Origin: Rhodospirillales bacterium
Lineage (GTDB): Bacteria > Pseudomonadota > Alphaproteobacteria > Rhodospirillales > UBA2165
Length of the DNA: 64,000 bases
Assembly: GCA_030745835.1 (NCBI GenBank)
Contig: JASLNU010000108.1
Location: forward strand, 10,214 to 74,213
Direction of reading: 5' to 3'
Positions 18,570-30,101 of the stretch are shown piece by piece. Position numbers and translations under genes: made by a program. The notes under the pieces are model-generated. The model made no database searches. It was given only the letters and a program-made list of their open reading frames with translations, and was not told the DNA's origin. Numbering within the stretch: position 1 is the first letter of the stretch; each line of letters opens with the position of its first letter.

Positions 18570-19447
18570 CTAAATATCATGTTTTTTTAGTGTTGCTAAA
18601 AGGCAACGGTCGTGACCGGCAAGGTCTTTTAGCGGTTTTTGAACCTTAAGTCCCTCAAATTTAAGGATTTCGGCAACCTGGTGGGCCTGCCTGGCTCCGA
18701 TTTCCAGGATCGCGAGCCCGCCCGGCGCCAATAGGCCGGGCAGGCGCCCGGCGATCTGGCGATAGGCGTTAAGGCCGTCGGTCCCGCCAAGCAGTGCCCG
18801 GGGCGGCTCAAATTCGCGAACCGTCGGCGCCAGATCCGGCCATTCATCAGCCGAAATATAGGGCGGATTGGAGACGACAATGTGAAATTCGCCTGGCTTG
18901 GTGCCGCTGTTCAGGCAATCCGCCCAATTTCCGCAAAGGATGCGCGCCCGATCCGAAAAACCCAGCCGCTCGGCGTTGGCGCGGGCGACGGTGGCGGCGC
19001 CGGCATCGATATCGACGCCGACGCCGGTGGCATCTTTGAACTCGCTGAGCAGCGCCAGAAGCAGGCAACCGGTGCCGGTGCCGAGATCGAGTATGCGGGG
19101 CCGGTCCGGCAATCGCGCGCGATTGGCGAGGGCCGCTTCGACCAGGCATTCGCTGTCGGGTCTGGGAATCAGCGTTTGCCGCGTGACCAGGAAATCAAGG
19201 CTCCAAAATTCGCGCGTTCCGATGAGATAGGCCAAGGGCTCGCCCCGCGTTCTGCGCGCCGCCAGCTTGGCAACGGCGGCGGAGGCGGCGGTTTCGATGG
19301 CGCGCTCCGGCGCGCCCAGCGCCGCCATGCGCCCAAAACCGGTCACATGTTCCACCAATAGGCCGGTCTCCAGGCGCGCCGCTTCGATCCCGGCGGCGGC
19401 CAGGGTTTCGGTCGTCTTGCCCATGAGGGTGCCTAGATTCACGGGGC

Positions 19448-19451
<4 letters not shown>
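18570..19451 (-). CDS. prmC: Release factor glutamine methyltransferase
   Basis: [16 protein letters not shown] and VSNPPY; overlaps the prfA stop. Confidence 0.95.
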
Positions 19452-20533
<1,082 letters not shown>

Positions 20534-20556
20534 ATCGGACTATCCAAGTAAAAGTG

Positions 20557-21738
20557 TTAGCGGTTTCGTTTGCCGCGAAAAAACCGGTCGATCAAAAGCC
20601 GTGTTGCCTTGTCAGCGTCACCCTCGGCTTCCTCAAGCACTTTGCGGCGCATTAATTCCAGATTATCGGATTCGGCGCGCGGCGCTTCCGGATTTCCCGG
20701 TTCGTCGGCATATTTGGAGGCTGCCTGGGACACCAGATCGCGCGCGCTTTGCGCATCGGCCTCGCGTGACGACCGGCCCTCGCGGGTGACACGTTCAAGA
20801 TCATCAAGGGTATAAAGAAAGGCATCCTCGATGGATTCCACGGATTTGTCGATATCGCCCGGAACGCCGGTATCGATCAGGAATTGGGGACGCCGCCGGC
20901 GCGCGCGCAACGCCGCCGCAACCATTGCCTTGCCCAGCACGAAGCGCCGCGTATTGACCGAAGTGATTACGATATCGGCTTCTTCCAGCCTTTGCGGCAG
21001 GCTGTCGAAGGCGACCGCGTGGCAGTTCAATTGCTGGGCCATAGCTTCGGCCCGGGTTTCCAGTGAATGGGTGACGTTAAGATCGCCAAGGCCGGTGGAC
21101 AAAAAGCTGGACCCCAGAAGTTCGCCCATTTCACCGGCGCCGATAAGCAAGCCCCGGCAGCGCGCCAGATCGCCATGTATGTCGCGCGCCACCTCGACGG
21201 CGGCGGCCGAGATGGAAACCGGGCGCTGCCCGATGCCGGTCTTTTTGTAGACCTGTTCGCTGACTTGGATGGCGGCGTCCATCAATGGGCCGAGCACGGG
21301 TCCGGCCACGTTTTCCCGCGTCGCCGTAGCGTAGGCGGTGCCTACCTGATCCAGGAAACGCGCATCGCCGATCACCAGGCATTCCAAACCGGAGGCGACG
21401 GCGAAGGCGTGCTTTACCGCTTCGCCGCCCGACAGGAGATAGCTTTGGTTCTCGATATCGGAACGGCTGACGCCGGCGTTGGCGGCCAATAGTTTTCGAA
21501 TTTCGTCGCCGGTTTCGAGGGGCTCGTCGGCGATCGTATAAATCTCGGTTCGGTCAATGCTCGACAGGACCAGAACCTCGTCCAGGCCGGCGCGCCTGAG
21601 GCGGCCATAAAAGGCCGGCAGTTCGCTGGCATCGAGAAACAGCCGGTCGCGCAATATCATCGTCGATGAGCGATGGTCGGCGCCCACCACCATCAAATGC
21701 TGGATAGGACTGTTCCCTTGTTTTTCGGCGTCGGTCAC
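20557..21738 (-). CDS. hemA: Glutamyl-tRNA reductase homologue with a degenerate active site
   Basis: GADHRS, VSISAAAV, IGAGEMG, FLIDTGVPGD and the hemA-prfA-prmC order support the family. STCNR reads SSIDR and GEPQI reads GDARF. Confidence 0.8.
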   Translation of the reverse strand: MTDAEKQGNSPIQHLMVVGADHRSSTMILRDRLFLDASELPAFYGRLRRAGLDEVLVLSSIDRTEIYTIADEPLETGDEIRKLLAANAGVSRSDIENQSYLLSGGEAVKHAFAVASGLECLVIGDARFLDQVGTAYATATRENVAGPVLGPLMDAAIQVSEQVYKKTGIGQRPVSISAAAVEVARDIHGDLARCRGLLIGAGEMGELLGSSFLSTGLGDLNVTHSLETRAEAMAQQLNCHAVAFDSLPQRLEEADIVITSVNTRRFVLGKAMVAAALRARRRRPQFLIDTGVPGDIDKSVESIEDAFLYTLDDLERVTREGRSSREADAQSARDLVSQAASKYADEPGNPEAPRAESDNLELMRRKVLEEAEGDADKATRLLIDRFFRGKRNR

Positions 21739-21742
21739 GCGT

Positions 21743-22990
21743 TTATTCTCCCGCTCCGGTCAGATGTTCGGCAACCTGATCCAAGGATACCTCGGATTGG
21801 GCTCCGGAATCCATATCTCGTAGCGTCGCCGCGCCGCGCGCCAGTTCATCGTCGCCTAGCAATACCGCCCAGCGGGCATTGACCTTATCGGCGCGCTTCA
21901 TGCGTTTGCTCATATTACCCGAATATCCAAGATCCACCGCGATGCCGGCGCGGCGCAGGTTTTGCGTCAAATCAAGGGCTGCCGCTTCGGCGTCCTTGCC
22001 GACCGGAACGACCGCAACGGGACGCTTCGCGGTGTCCGCCTCGCCGGTCAAAAGGGCCAGCCTCTCGACACCCGCCGCCCAGCCGGTACCCGGCGTTTGG
22101 CGCCCGCCCATCTGCTGAAATAGGCCGTCATAACGCCCGCCGGCGAGAACCGTTCCCTGCGCGCCCAACTCATCGGTCGTGAATTCGAAGGCGGTATGAC
22201 AATAATAGTCGAGCCCGCGCACCAGCCGGTTGTTGATTTCGTGGGCAACACCCAGCTTTTCCAGGCCTTCGCGGACGCTGTCGAAAAATGCGCGCGACGT
22301 ATCGTTGAGGCAATCGGTCAAGACCGGCGCGTTCTCGATCACGCCGCGGTCGCCATCATCCTTGGAATCGAGGATACGCAGCGGGTTGCGCTGCAGCCGC
22401 TCGCGGCTGTCGCCGGACAGTTCATCCTGGCGGCCTTGCAGATAATCGACCAGGAGGTCCCGATAGGCGGCGCGGCTTTCGCCGTCGCCGAGAGTGTTTA
22501 ATTCCAGGGTCACCTTGTCGCCGACGCCGAGCTGGCCCAGAAACTGATTGGCGAGGGCGATCACCTCGATATCGGCAAGTGGCTGGGCTACGCCGATCAG
22601 TTCGACACCGACTTGATTGAACTGGCGGCGGCGGCCCTTTTGCGGCCGCTCGTAGCGGAACATGGGTCCGCGGTAGAAATATTTAAGCGGCAGATCCTGC
22701 TGCAACCCGCCGGACATGACGGCGCGGGCAACGCCGGCAGTGCCCTCGGGCCGCAGCGTAATGCTATCGCCGCCGCGATCCTCGAAACTATACATTTCCT
22801 TGGTCACAATGTCGGACGTATCACCGAGGGTTCGCGAAAAGACCTCGGTGAATTCGAATATGGGCGTCGTGATCTCGCCATAGCCATAGAGTTCGGCGAC
22901 ATCGAAGGCGATGCGCTCGACGCGCCGCAATTGGCGGCTTTCGCTGGGAAGCACGTCCTGGGTGCCGCGAACGGGTTTAAGAGACGCCAT
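21743..22990 (-). CDS. hisS: Histidine--tRNA ligase
   Basis: LRPEGTA, FRYERPQKGR, RGLDYY and GGRYDGL. Confidence 0.97.
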   Translation of the reverse strand: MASLKPVRGTQDVLPSESRQLRRVERIAFDVAELYGYGEITTPIFEFTEVFSRTLGDTSDIVTKEMYSFEDRGGDSITLRPEGTAGVARAVMSGGLQQDLPLKYFYRGPMFRYERPQKGRRRQFNQVGVELIGVAQPLADIEVIALANQFLGQLGVGDKVTLELNTLGDGESRAAYRDLLVDYLQGRQDELSGDSRERLQRNPLRILDSKDDGDRGVIENAPVLTDCLNDTSRAFFDSVREGLEKLGVAHEINNRLVRGLDYYCHTAFEFTTDELGAQGTVLAGGRYDGLFQQMGGRQTPGTGWAAGVERLALLTGEADTAKRPVAVVPVGKDAEAAALDLTQNLRRAGIAVDLGYSGNMSKRMKRADKVNARWAVLLGDDELARGAATLRDMDSGAQSEVSLDQVAEHLTGAGE

Positions 22991-23099
22991 GAACCGAACT
23001 TGCCTTAAACACTGTAAATGAATTGAAAATAATTGCGGGCGCTACCGTTTGATAAACAACGCGGCCGGGTCCGCGTCAAGCGCTGTCCTGCGGTTCGGA

Positions 23100-24731
23100 T
23101 TATTGGGTGACGGCGGTGCCTTTGGAAAGCTTTTCGGCATCCAAGGCCACGTTGCGGCGGACCGTGCCCACCGGGCCGATCGAGGGAACGATTTTGCCAT
23201 CCACTTCGATTTCCAGGGCGCCGGCATTTCCGGTCAGAAGGCTGAGACCGCGCCGTGCCGGAACTTCATAGGTATCGCCGCTGCGTAAGAGTCGGGTCAT
23301 TACCAGTTGGTTGGCATCGATATCGCGTACCTGGATCCAGCTATCGATGACCGCCCGGATAATGATTTGGCGCGGCGCCGGCTCGGCGGCGGGTTGCGGC
23401 GGCGCTTCGGCACCGGTTTCAACGGCCGCCGTGGGCGCCGCTTCCGGTTCAGCCCTATTATCGCCGGCAGCCGGCGCATCGGTTGCCGCCGGCTCCGGTC
23501 CTTGGCGGGCATCGGATCCGCCGGGAAGCGCGGCAAGCTGTTCGCTGGCGGGTTCGCGGGCCGCCGGTTCCGGGGCTGTTGGCTCGGTCGCCGGTACAGA
23601 TGGCGCCGGTACAGATGGCGCCGCTTCGGATGGCGCCGCTTCGTTGGCGGCCGGGACCGGGGCTGGTTGTTCGGGCGCCGCCGCCGTCGCTTCCACCGGC
23701 TCCGGCTCGGATGCGGGCGCTACGGGCGAAGCTTGCGGCGCGGGTTGCGCCGGCCCGGAGGTTTGCCCGGACGCTATTTGTTCAGACGGCGCCTGCACTT
23801 GCGGCTGAGATTCCGGTGCCGCCGGCGTTTCGCTCACCGCCGAGTTTTCGCCGAGCCGTGCCGCGGCGGTTGTCTGCGGCGTTTCTGGTGCGGATTCTGG
23901 TGTGGATTCTGGTGTGGATTCTGGCGGCATTTCTGGTGCCGTCCGTGCCGTGGCCTGTTGGCGGATGGCCGGTTCCGGGATCGGGGCCGTTTCCGTCTTT
24001 TCCGGTGTCTGATCTTGAACAGCCGACGCAGCGAGCCTTCCGGTACCGGTTTCGACTGCGTCTTGAGACGAAGCGTTATCGGTTTCTGAGGCGGGCGGCA
24101 GGCTGTCGGTTGCGGCGGTTGTGGCGGCCGTACCCGGCGCCGGCGCCTCGGTTTTTTCGCCGTTGCCGGTGCCGGCCGAAGCGGCGGCGGCACTGGACGG
24201 TTGACCCAAATTGGCGGGGCGTACCGTCACCGGCGTTCCCGCCGCCGCGCTATCCGCGACCGAGCCGGCAATTTTCTGGGGAACGGGTTCGACTGTCGCC
24301 ACCGCGAAGCGGTCCGAGGTATTCAGGAAATACCAGGCACCGTAGCCGACCGCCACAACCAGCAGGCCGACCATCACGATGGCGACGCGCGGAATTCCGT
24401 TTTCCGGGACGACGGTCGGAAAGGCGAGGTCTTGCGCCGCGCCGTCGGACAGGATTTCGCCGCGATAGCGGTCGACCACCAACTGGCCATCGAGCCCGAG
24501 ATATTCGGCGTAGGTGCGGATGAATCCGACGGCATAAGTGTTACCGGGCAAAGCGTCGAAGCGGCCATCCTCGATGGCCTCGAGATAGACCAAGCGGATA
24601 CGCAACTGGGCGGCGACATCGGCCAATTCCTCGCCGCAGCGCAGGCGCGAAGCGCGCAGAAAGGCGCCTACATCGGCGCCGGTTTTAGCGCCCGCCTCTG
24701 CGTCCATTTGATGATGTAACATATCGTTCAT
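23100..24731 (-). CDS. rodZ: RodZ-like cytoskeleton protein (HTH, TM, Pro/Ala-rich linker, DUF4115)
   Basis: YLEAIEDG, YAVGFIRTYAEYLGLD, a single TM segment and C-terminal SWIQVRD...TGNAGAL. Confidence 0.85.
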   Translation of the reverse strand: MNDMLHHQMDAEAGAKTGADVGAFLRASRLRCGEELADVAAQLRIRLVYLEAIEDGRFDALPGNTYAVGFIRTYAEYLGLDGQLVVDRYRGEILSDGAAQDLAFPTVVPENGIPRVAIVMVGLLVVAVGYGAWYFLNTSDRFAVATVEPVPQKIAGSVADSAAAGTPVTVRPANLGQPSSAAAASAGTGNGEKTEAPAPGTAATTAATDSLPPASETDNASSQDAVETGTGRLAASAVQDQTPEKTETAPIPEPAIRQQATARTAPEMPPESTPESTPESAPETPQTTAAARLGENSAVSETPAAPESQPQVQAPSEQIASGQTSGPAQPAPQASPVAPASEPEPVEATAAAPEQPAPVPAANEAAPSEAAPSVPAPSVPATEPTAPEPAAREPASEQLAALPGGSDARQGPEPAATDAPAAGDNRAEPEAAPTAAVETGAEAPPQPAAEPAPRQIIIRAVIDSWIQVRDIDANQLVMTRLLRSGDTYEVPARRGLSLLTGNAGALEIEVDGKIVPSIGPVGTVRRNVALDAEKLSKGTAVTQ

Positions 24732-24956
24732 CGAATCGTTTCCGGCCTCATTTGCGAATATTTCTTATTGCAAATGGTCAGCCGCCCGAAACAAGCGCCG
24801 AATAACCCAGACCAATTATGTAGCCGCCTCACTTAAGCGCCTACAATCACACAATATTTCGCGAAATACCAAATACTCTCATTCGAGATGTGAATTTACA
24901 GATAAAACGCGAATCCCACAAGATTCTTTTATAAGCGGCGCCGAATATTAACGAAC

Positions 24957-27227
24957 TTAAATCATCACACCATGATCGACGGCGAATTCTCTCAATTTTT
25001 CGCGCAGACTATGTTCGTGCGACTGCAGGAGCGTGTCCAGGTAACGCTTCAAATCGCTCGCCGAAAGGCTTCTGATCATGGCCTTTACCGGCCCGATCGC
25101 CGATGGTGTCATCGACAGATTACGGAATCCCAGCCCGACCAGCGCCATCGCGTCGAGCGGACGGCTCGCCATTTCACCGCAGAGGCTTATCGGTTTTCCG
25201 GCTTCGTCGCACTGGCGCACCAACTCGCCAAGCAGGTTGAGCGCCGGTGGCGACAATGGATCGTAGCGGTCGGCCAGGAGCGGGCTGCCGCGATCGCTTG
25301 CGAACAAGAATTGGAATAGATCGTTGCTGCCGACGGATACAAAATCAACGCGTTGCAACAGCGCTTTCATCTGAAAGGCGAGCGCCGGAACTTCCAGCAT
25401 GGTTCCCACCTTCAAGAGCCGGGGCAATTTACGGTTGCGCTCTTCAGCCGTCTTCAGTTCTTGGTTCAGGATCGCGACCAATGAATCGAACTCCGCGACC
25501 TCGGTGATCATCGGAAACATAACACTCAGATCGCGCCCCTCGGCGGCACGGATCAATGCGCGGAACTGATGACGCAGCAGCACCGGCCGGTCCAATGCGA
25601 CGCGCACCGCGCGCCAGCCCATCGCCGGGTTTTCGCCTTCGTCAACCTTCCAATAGGGCAACCCCTTGTCGCCGCCCACATCGAGGGTCCGGAATATCAC
25701 CGGCCTGCCGTCCGATTCATCGATAACGCGTTTATAGAGCTCGGCCTGGCGGTCGACATCGGGAAAATCGTTGCTTTCCATGAACGGGATTTCGGTCCGG
25801 TAGAGCCCGATGCCGTCGGCGCCGGTATCCTTCATATTCTGGATATCGATAAAAAGTCCGGCATTGATGCTCAAGGACAGTCTTAGCCCGTCCTTGGTTT
25901 CGGCGGGCACGTCGTGCAGAGATGCGTAGGCCGCGATGCGCTGCTGGCGCGCGTTCAAGGTGTCGCTAAAGCTCTGCAGGGTTTCCTCCGACGGGCGTAC
26001 ATGCACCTCCGCGTTATCGCCGTCGAGAACCACAATATCGTTGTTTTCGACCGTCGCCATTACTTCGGCGGCACGCCCGATCACCGGAATGTCGAGCGCC
26101 TTGGCGACAATCGCGACATGGGTGGTGGCCGAACCTTCCTCCAGGACCAGACCCCTGAGCGCCGCGCGGTCGTAGTCCAAAAGCTCGGCCGGACCCATGT
26201 TGCGCGCGAACAGGATGATGTCCCTTGTTTCCGGTGAGTTGGGCGCGGTTTCCGGATCGCCGGCCAGATGATTGAGCAGGCGGTTGGCGAGATCCTCGAA
26301 ATCGTGCAGGCGTTCGCGAAGATAGGGGTCCATCTGCTGGCGGAAGCGGACGCGCGTATCATTGCGCACCTTGATGACGGCGGCTTCGGCGGTCAGGCCG
26401 GTTTCGATGGCTTCGTGAATGCGTGCCAGCCAGCCGGCATCCTCGGCGAACATCCGGTAGGTTTCCAGGATTTCCCGATGTTCGCCGCCGCTGGCGACGT
26501 CGGACGCCGCCAACATCCTGTCGATGGCACCATGCATCTCGCCAAGGGCGCCGCCGAAGCGGATTCTTTCGGCCTCGGTGTCATCGGCGACCAGCTTATC
26601 GATGGATATGCGCCGTTCGTGGCGATAGGCGGTGCCGATCGCCAGCCCGCCGTTGAGGCGGACGCCCTCGACGCTGACCGGCAGCATGGTCAAACCCTCG
26701 ATGGCCTGTAACTCGTCGACCGAAATCAAGCCGCCGCCGGCGATCATCTCGGCAACCACCATGGCGATGGTTTCCAGGGTTTCCAGCTCTTCCTCTGTGT
26801 ACTGGCGCTGGGTCCGGTTCTGCACCGCCAGAACGCCGGTTACGCGGCCATCGCGGAGGATCGGAACGCCAGCCAGTGAATGGTATCGTTCCTCGCCGGT
26901 TTCCGGCCGGTAAACGTAGGCGGGATGGTCCTGTACGTTGGTCAGGGCTATTGGCCGGGCGCGCTGGGCGATGATGCCGATCAGCCCCTCGCCGATATTC
27001 AGCCTGGTCCGATGGACTGCTTCCGGTGTCAGGCCCGTATTGGCGAACAGTTCGAGGATTTCGCCGGCCCTCAGCACATAGATCGAACACACCTCGGCGA
27101 CAAGATCGGCGGCAATGGTGGTGGCGATCCCATCGAGGCGTTCCTGTGCCGTCCCGGCACCGGCCATGGTGTCGCGGACGCGCGCCAGCAACCTGCGTGA
27201 TCCGGACATGTTCGGGCTGCGCGCCAT
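24957..27227 (-). CDS. ptsP: PEP-protein phosphotransferase EI-Ntr (GAF domain)
   Basis: N-terminal GAF domain, TTHVAI phospho-His, GLYRTE, RTLDVGGDK, NPAMGWR and SVGSNDL. Confidence 0.96.
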   Translation of the reverse strand: MARSPNMSGSRRLLARVRDTMAGAGTAQERLDGIATTIAADLVAEVCSIYVLRAGEILELFANTGLTPEAVHRTRLNIGEGLIGIIAQRARPIALTNVQDHPAYVYRPETGEERYHSLAGVPILRDGRVTGVLAVQNRTQRQYTEEELETLETIAMVVAEMIAGGGLISVDELQAIEGLTMLPVSVEGVRLNGGLAIGTAYRHERRISIDKLVADDTEAERIRFGGALGEMHGAIDRMLAASDVASGGEHREILETYRMFAEDAGWLARIHEAIETGLTAEAAVIKVRNDTRVRFRQQMDPYLRERLHDFEDLANRLLNHLAGDPETAPNSPETRDIILFARNMGPAELLDYDRAALRGLVLEEGSATTHVAIVAKALDIPVIGRAAEVMATVENNDIVVLDGDNAEVHVRPSEETLQSFSDTLNARQQRIAAYASLHDVPAETKDGLRLSLSINAGLFIDIQNMKDTGADGIGLYRTEIPFMESNDFPDVDRQAELYKRVIDESDGRPVIFRTLDVGGDKGLPYWKVDEGENPAMGWRAVRVALDRPVLLRHQFRALIRAAEGRDLSVMFPMITEVAEFDSLVAILNQELKTAEERNRKLPRLLKVGTMLEVPALAFQMKALLQRVDFVSVGSNDLFQFLFASDRGSPLLADRYDPLSPPALNLLGELVRQCDEAGKPISLCGEMASRPLDAMALVGLGFRNLSMTPSAIGPVKAMIRSLSASDLKRYLDTLLQSHEHSLREKLREFAVDHGVMI

Positions 27228-27316
27228 ATCGAAGCTTCCGACGTTTCCTCTTACCCCGACCTAAATATCTTTCGGGCGGCTGAATTCAACCTTTTCGCAA
27301 CGGCCGTTTGGGGCCA

Positions 27317-28534
27317 CTAATCGGTGTCGAGATCATAGGCCGCATGCAACGCGCGCACGGCCAATTCCCCGTATTCCTCGGCAATCAGAACGCTGACCTT
27401 GATCTCGGACGTCGAGATTACCTGGATATTGATACCTTTCTCGGCCAGCGTCTGGAACATTTTCTGGGCGACCCCGGCATGGCTTCGCATGCCGACCCCG
27501 ACCACCGAAATCTTGACCACGTCCGGATCCTGGACCAGCTGTTCGTAGCCGATATCGGCTTGGTTATTTTGCAATAGCCGCGCCGCCGATTGAAGATCGC
27601 CCTTGCCGACCGTGAAGGTCAGATCGGTTTTTCCGTCTTCCGATATGTTTTGCACGATCATATCCACATTGATGGCGGCATCGGCGAGCGGGCCGAATAT
27701 TCCCGCCGCGACGCCAGGCCTGTCGGCGACCCGAAGCAGGGTAATTTTGGCTTCGTCCTTGCTGTCGGAAATACCGCTTACGATTTGCTGTTCCACGATT
27801 TCATCCTCTTTGACGACGAAGGTTCCGGGCGCGTCGGAAAACGCGGACCGCACCTGTAACCTTACGCCGTGGTTCATGGCCAATTCGACCGACCGCGTTT
27901 GCAACACATTCGATCCCAACGACGCCATTTCCAGCATTTCTTCATAGGTGACGGCGGCGAGCTTTTTCGCCTTGGCTACGATCCTGGGATCGCTGGTGTA
28001 GATGCCATCGACATCGGTATAGATATCGCAGCGTTCGGCACCAAGCGCGCCGGCAAGCGCAACCGCCGTCAAGTCCGATCCGCCGCGGCCCAAAGTGGTG
28101 ATCCGGCCATCCGGTCCAAGCCCTTGGAATCCGGACACGACGGCAACCTCGCCGCCGGTAAGGCGGCGTTCCAATTCGCCGGTTTCGATGCCGGTGATGC
28201 GCGCCTTGCCGTGAACGCCATCAGTGCGGATCGGAATCTGCCAGCCGAGCCAGGAGCGTGCCTGAACGCCCAAGGTTTGCAGCGCCAGCGCCATCAGACC
28301 GGCGTTGCTCTGCTCGCCGGTGGATACGATGACGTCGTATTCGCGGGCGTCGAACAGGCTGCCCATCTGGTCGGTAAGTTCGACCATCTGGTTGGTAACT
28401 CCGGCCATGGCCGATACTACGGCCACCACTTCGGCGCCGCGATCCGCTTCCGCCTTGATCCGGCCGGCCGCATTCTTGATGCGATCGATATCGGCGACCG
28501 AGGTGCCGCCGAATTTTACAACAATTCGTGCCAT
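27317..28534 (-). CDS. lysC: Aspartate kinase
   Basis: VKFGGTSV, TLGRGGSD, YTDVDG and two ACT domains. Confidence 0.96.
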   Translation of the reverse strand: MARIVVKFGGTSVADIDRIKNAAGRIKAEADRGAEVVAVVSAMAGVTNQMVELTDQMGSLFDAREYDVIVSTGEQSNAGLMALALQTLGVQARSWLGWQIPIRTDGVHGKARITGIETGELERRLTGGEVAVVSGFQGLGPDGRITTLGRGGSDLTAVALAGALGAERCDIYTDVDGIYTSDPRIVAKAKKLAAVTYEEMLEMASLGSNVLQTRSVELAMNHGVRLQVRSAFSDAPGTFVVKEDEIVEQQIVSGISDSKDEAKITLLRVADRPGVAAGIFGPLADAAINVDMIVQNISEDGKTDLTFTVGKGDLQSAARLLQNNQADIGYEQLVQDPDVVKISVVGVGMRSHAGVAQKMFQTLAEKGINIQVISTSEIKVSVLIAEEYGELAVRALHAAYDLDTD

Positions 28535-28736
28535 ACCAACTCACCAAGCCAATGACGCGCCCGCATACCCCTTGATTTCTTTAAAGAGCATAAAAATGCC
28601 GCTCGGTGGAAGGCGATAAATCCAAAGAGCGGTCCGGATCCGAGTTGCCGAAGTGCGGGCGCGCGTATACATACTCTTTATGCCTGTCCGATGGCAAGTG
28701 AAGGCGTCGGCGGCAGGTTATTCTCGAGGCACGGAA

Positions 28737-29504
28737 ATGAACCCGGCAGACCGCATTGAAGGCGCGCAATCCACCATATCCAGGGCCGAAGTGGACCATT
28801 TCGGCGAATTGGCGCGGCAATGGTGGGACTCTGAGGGGGATTTCAAGGCCCTGCATCGGATCAATCCGGCGCGCATCCGTTATATCCGCGACCAGCTTTG
28901 CCTTCGTTTCGGACGCGATGCCGCCAGCCCTGATCCGCTATCGGGCCTCAAGGTCGTCGATATCGGCTGCGGCGGCGGCTTGATCACCGAGCCGCTGGCC
29001 CGTCTCGGCGCCGACGCCATGGGCATCGATGCTTCGCCGGACGCCATTGAAATCGCGCGCGCCCACGCCGACACAACCGGGCTTGCCGTCGCCTATGAAA
29101 ACGCGGCGCCGGAAGACCTTGCCGCCAGAACCCAAGAATTCGATGCCGTGATTTCGATGGAGGTGATCGAGCACACCGATGATCCGGGCGCCTTCATCAA
29201 TGTCTCGGCCAAGTTGATCCGGCCGGGCGGCGTGTTTGTCGGCGCCACCCTCAATCGAACATTGAAATCACTGGCGCTCGGCAAGTTCGCCGCCGAATAT
29301 GTGCTCGGTTGGGTGCCGCCGGGAACCCACGATTGGAGCAAATTCGTGCGCCCCTCGGAATTCGCCGGTTATCTTCGCCGCGCCGGGCTCGATGTCCTGG
29401 ATTTAAAGGGGCTTTCATATGCGCCGCTGGACAATTCCTGGACGCTGTCGGGCGACCTCGGCGTGAATTACATGCTCACCGCCGCCAAACCCGGTGCCGC
29501 CTAA
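28737..29504 (+). CDS. ubiG: Ubiquinone biosynthesis O-methyltransferase
   Basis: WWD, LHRINPAR, DIGCGGG, MEVIEH and GTHDWSKF; divergent from lysC as usual in Alphaproteobacteria. Confidence 0.93.
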   Translation: MNPADRIEGAQSTISRAEVDHFGELARQWWDSEGDFKALHRINPARIRYIRDQLCLRFGRDAASPDPLSGLKVVDIGCGGGLITEPLARLGADAMGIDASPDAIEIARAHADTTGLAVAYENAAPEDLAARTQEFDAVISMEVIEHTDDPGAFINVSAKLIRPGGVFVGATLNRTLKSLALGKFAAEYVLGWVPPGTHDWSKFVRPSEFAGYLRRAGLDVLDLKGLSYAPLDNSWTLSGDLGVNYMLTAAKPGAA

Positions 29505-29526
29505 AGAATCAATGATCGCAGAAAGT

Positions 29527-29985
29527 TTAAGAATCGCGGCGCGGTCCAAAAGGCAGGCGATGGACCGGAATATCCTCTTCCTCCAGCTCACTCGCTTCTT
29601 CCGATGTCGCTTCACCGTAGATGCCGCGTTCCTCGGTTTCGCCGTAGTGAATGGCGCGCGCCTCGTCGGCGAACTTGTCGCCCACATAGTCGCAATTTTC
29701 CTCCACATGCTTGTGGACTTTTTTCATTGCGGTCAGGATTTCACGCGCCACTTCGCGGGCGCGGTCCTCGGCGGGCGATTTCGGCGCCTCTGATTTTGCC
29801 GATCCCGATTTCGACAGGCCCGATTTCGACACGCGCGGCGCCATCGGCGCCTTTTGGATAATGGTATCGGAACAGACCGGGCATTCCACCTCGCCGTGCT
29901 TGGCCTGGGTGTCATAGGTGGCGCCGTCCCGGAACCAGGCTTCGAAGTTATGCCCGTTCGCGCATCTCAATTCATAAAGGATCAT
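29527..29985 (-). CDS. DUF1178 family protein
   Basis: MILYELRCANGHNFEAWF, CPVC, KAPMAP and YVGDKFADEARAIHYGE. Confidence 0.92.
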   Translation of the reverse strand: MILYELRCANGHNFEAWFRDGATYDTQAKHGEVECPVCSDTIIQKAPMAPRVSKSGLSKSGSAKSEAPKSPAEDRAREVAREILTAMKKVHKHVEENCDYVGDKFADEARAIHYGETEERGIYGEATSEEASELEEEDIPVHRLPFGPRRDS

Positions 29986-30101
29986 GTCCGCATACTCGCG
30001 ATATTCTTGTGGTTGTTCCGCTTACTCTCATTTATCCCAATATGGGGTGTTTGCCAAGTATTTGCGACATAGACATCATCTTCCGTTAACATCGGATTGC
30101 C

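Noticed and set aside
23590-23930. 12- and 15-bp tandem repeats in rodZ (PEST and APSVP units), and GRDG repeats in DUF4167
   Set aside because: In-frame low-complexity linker expansions that are common in these proteins.
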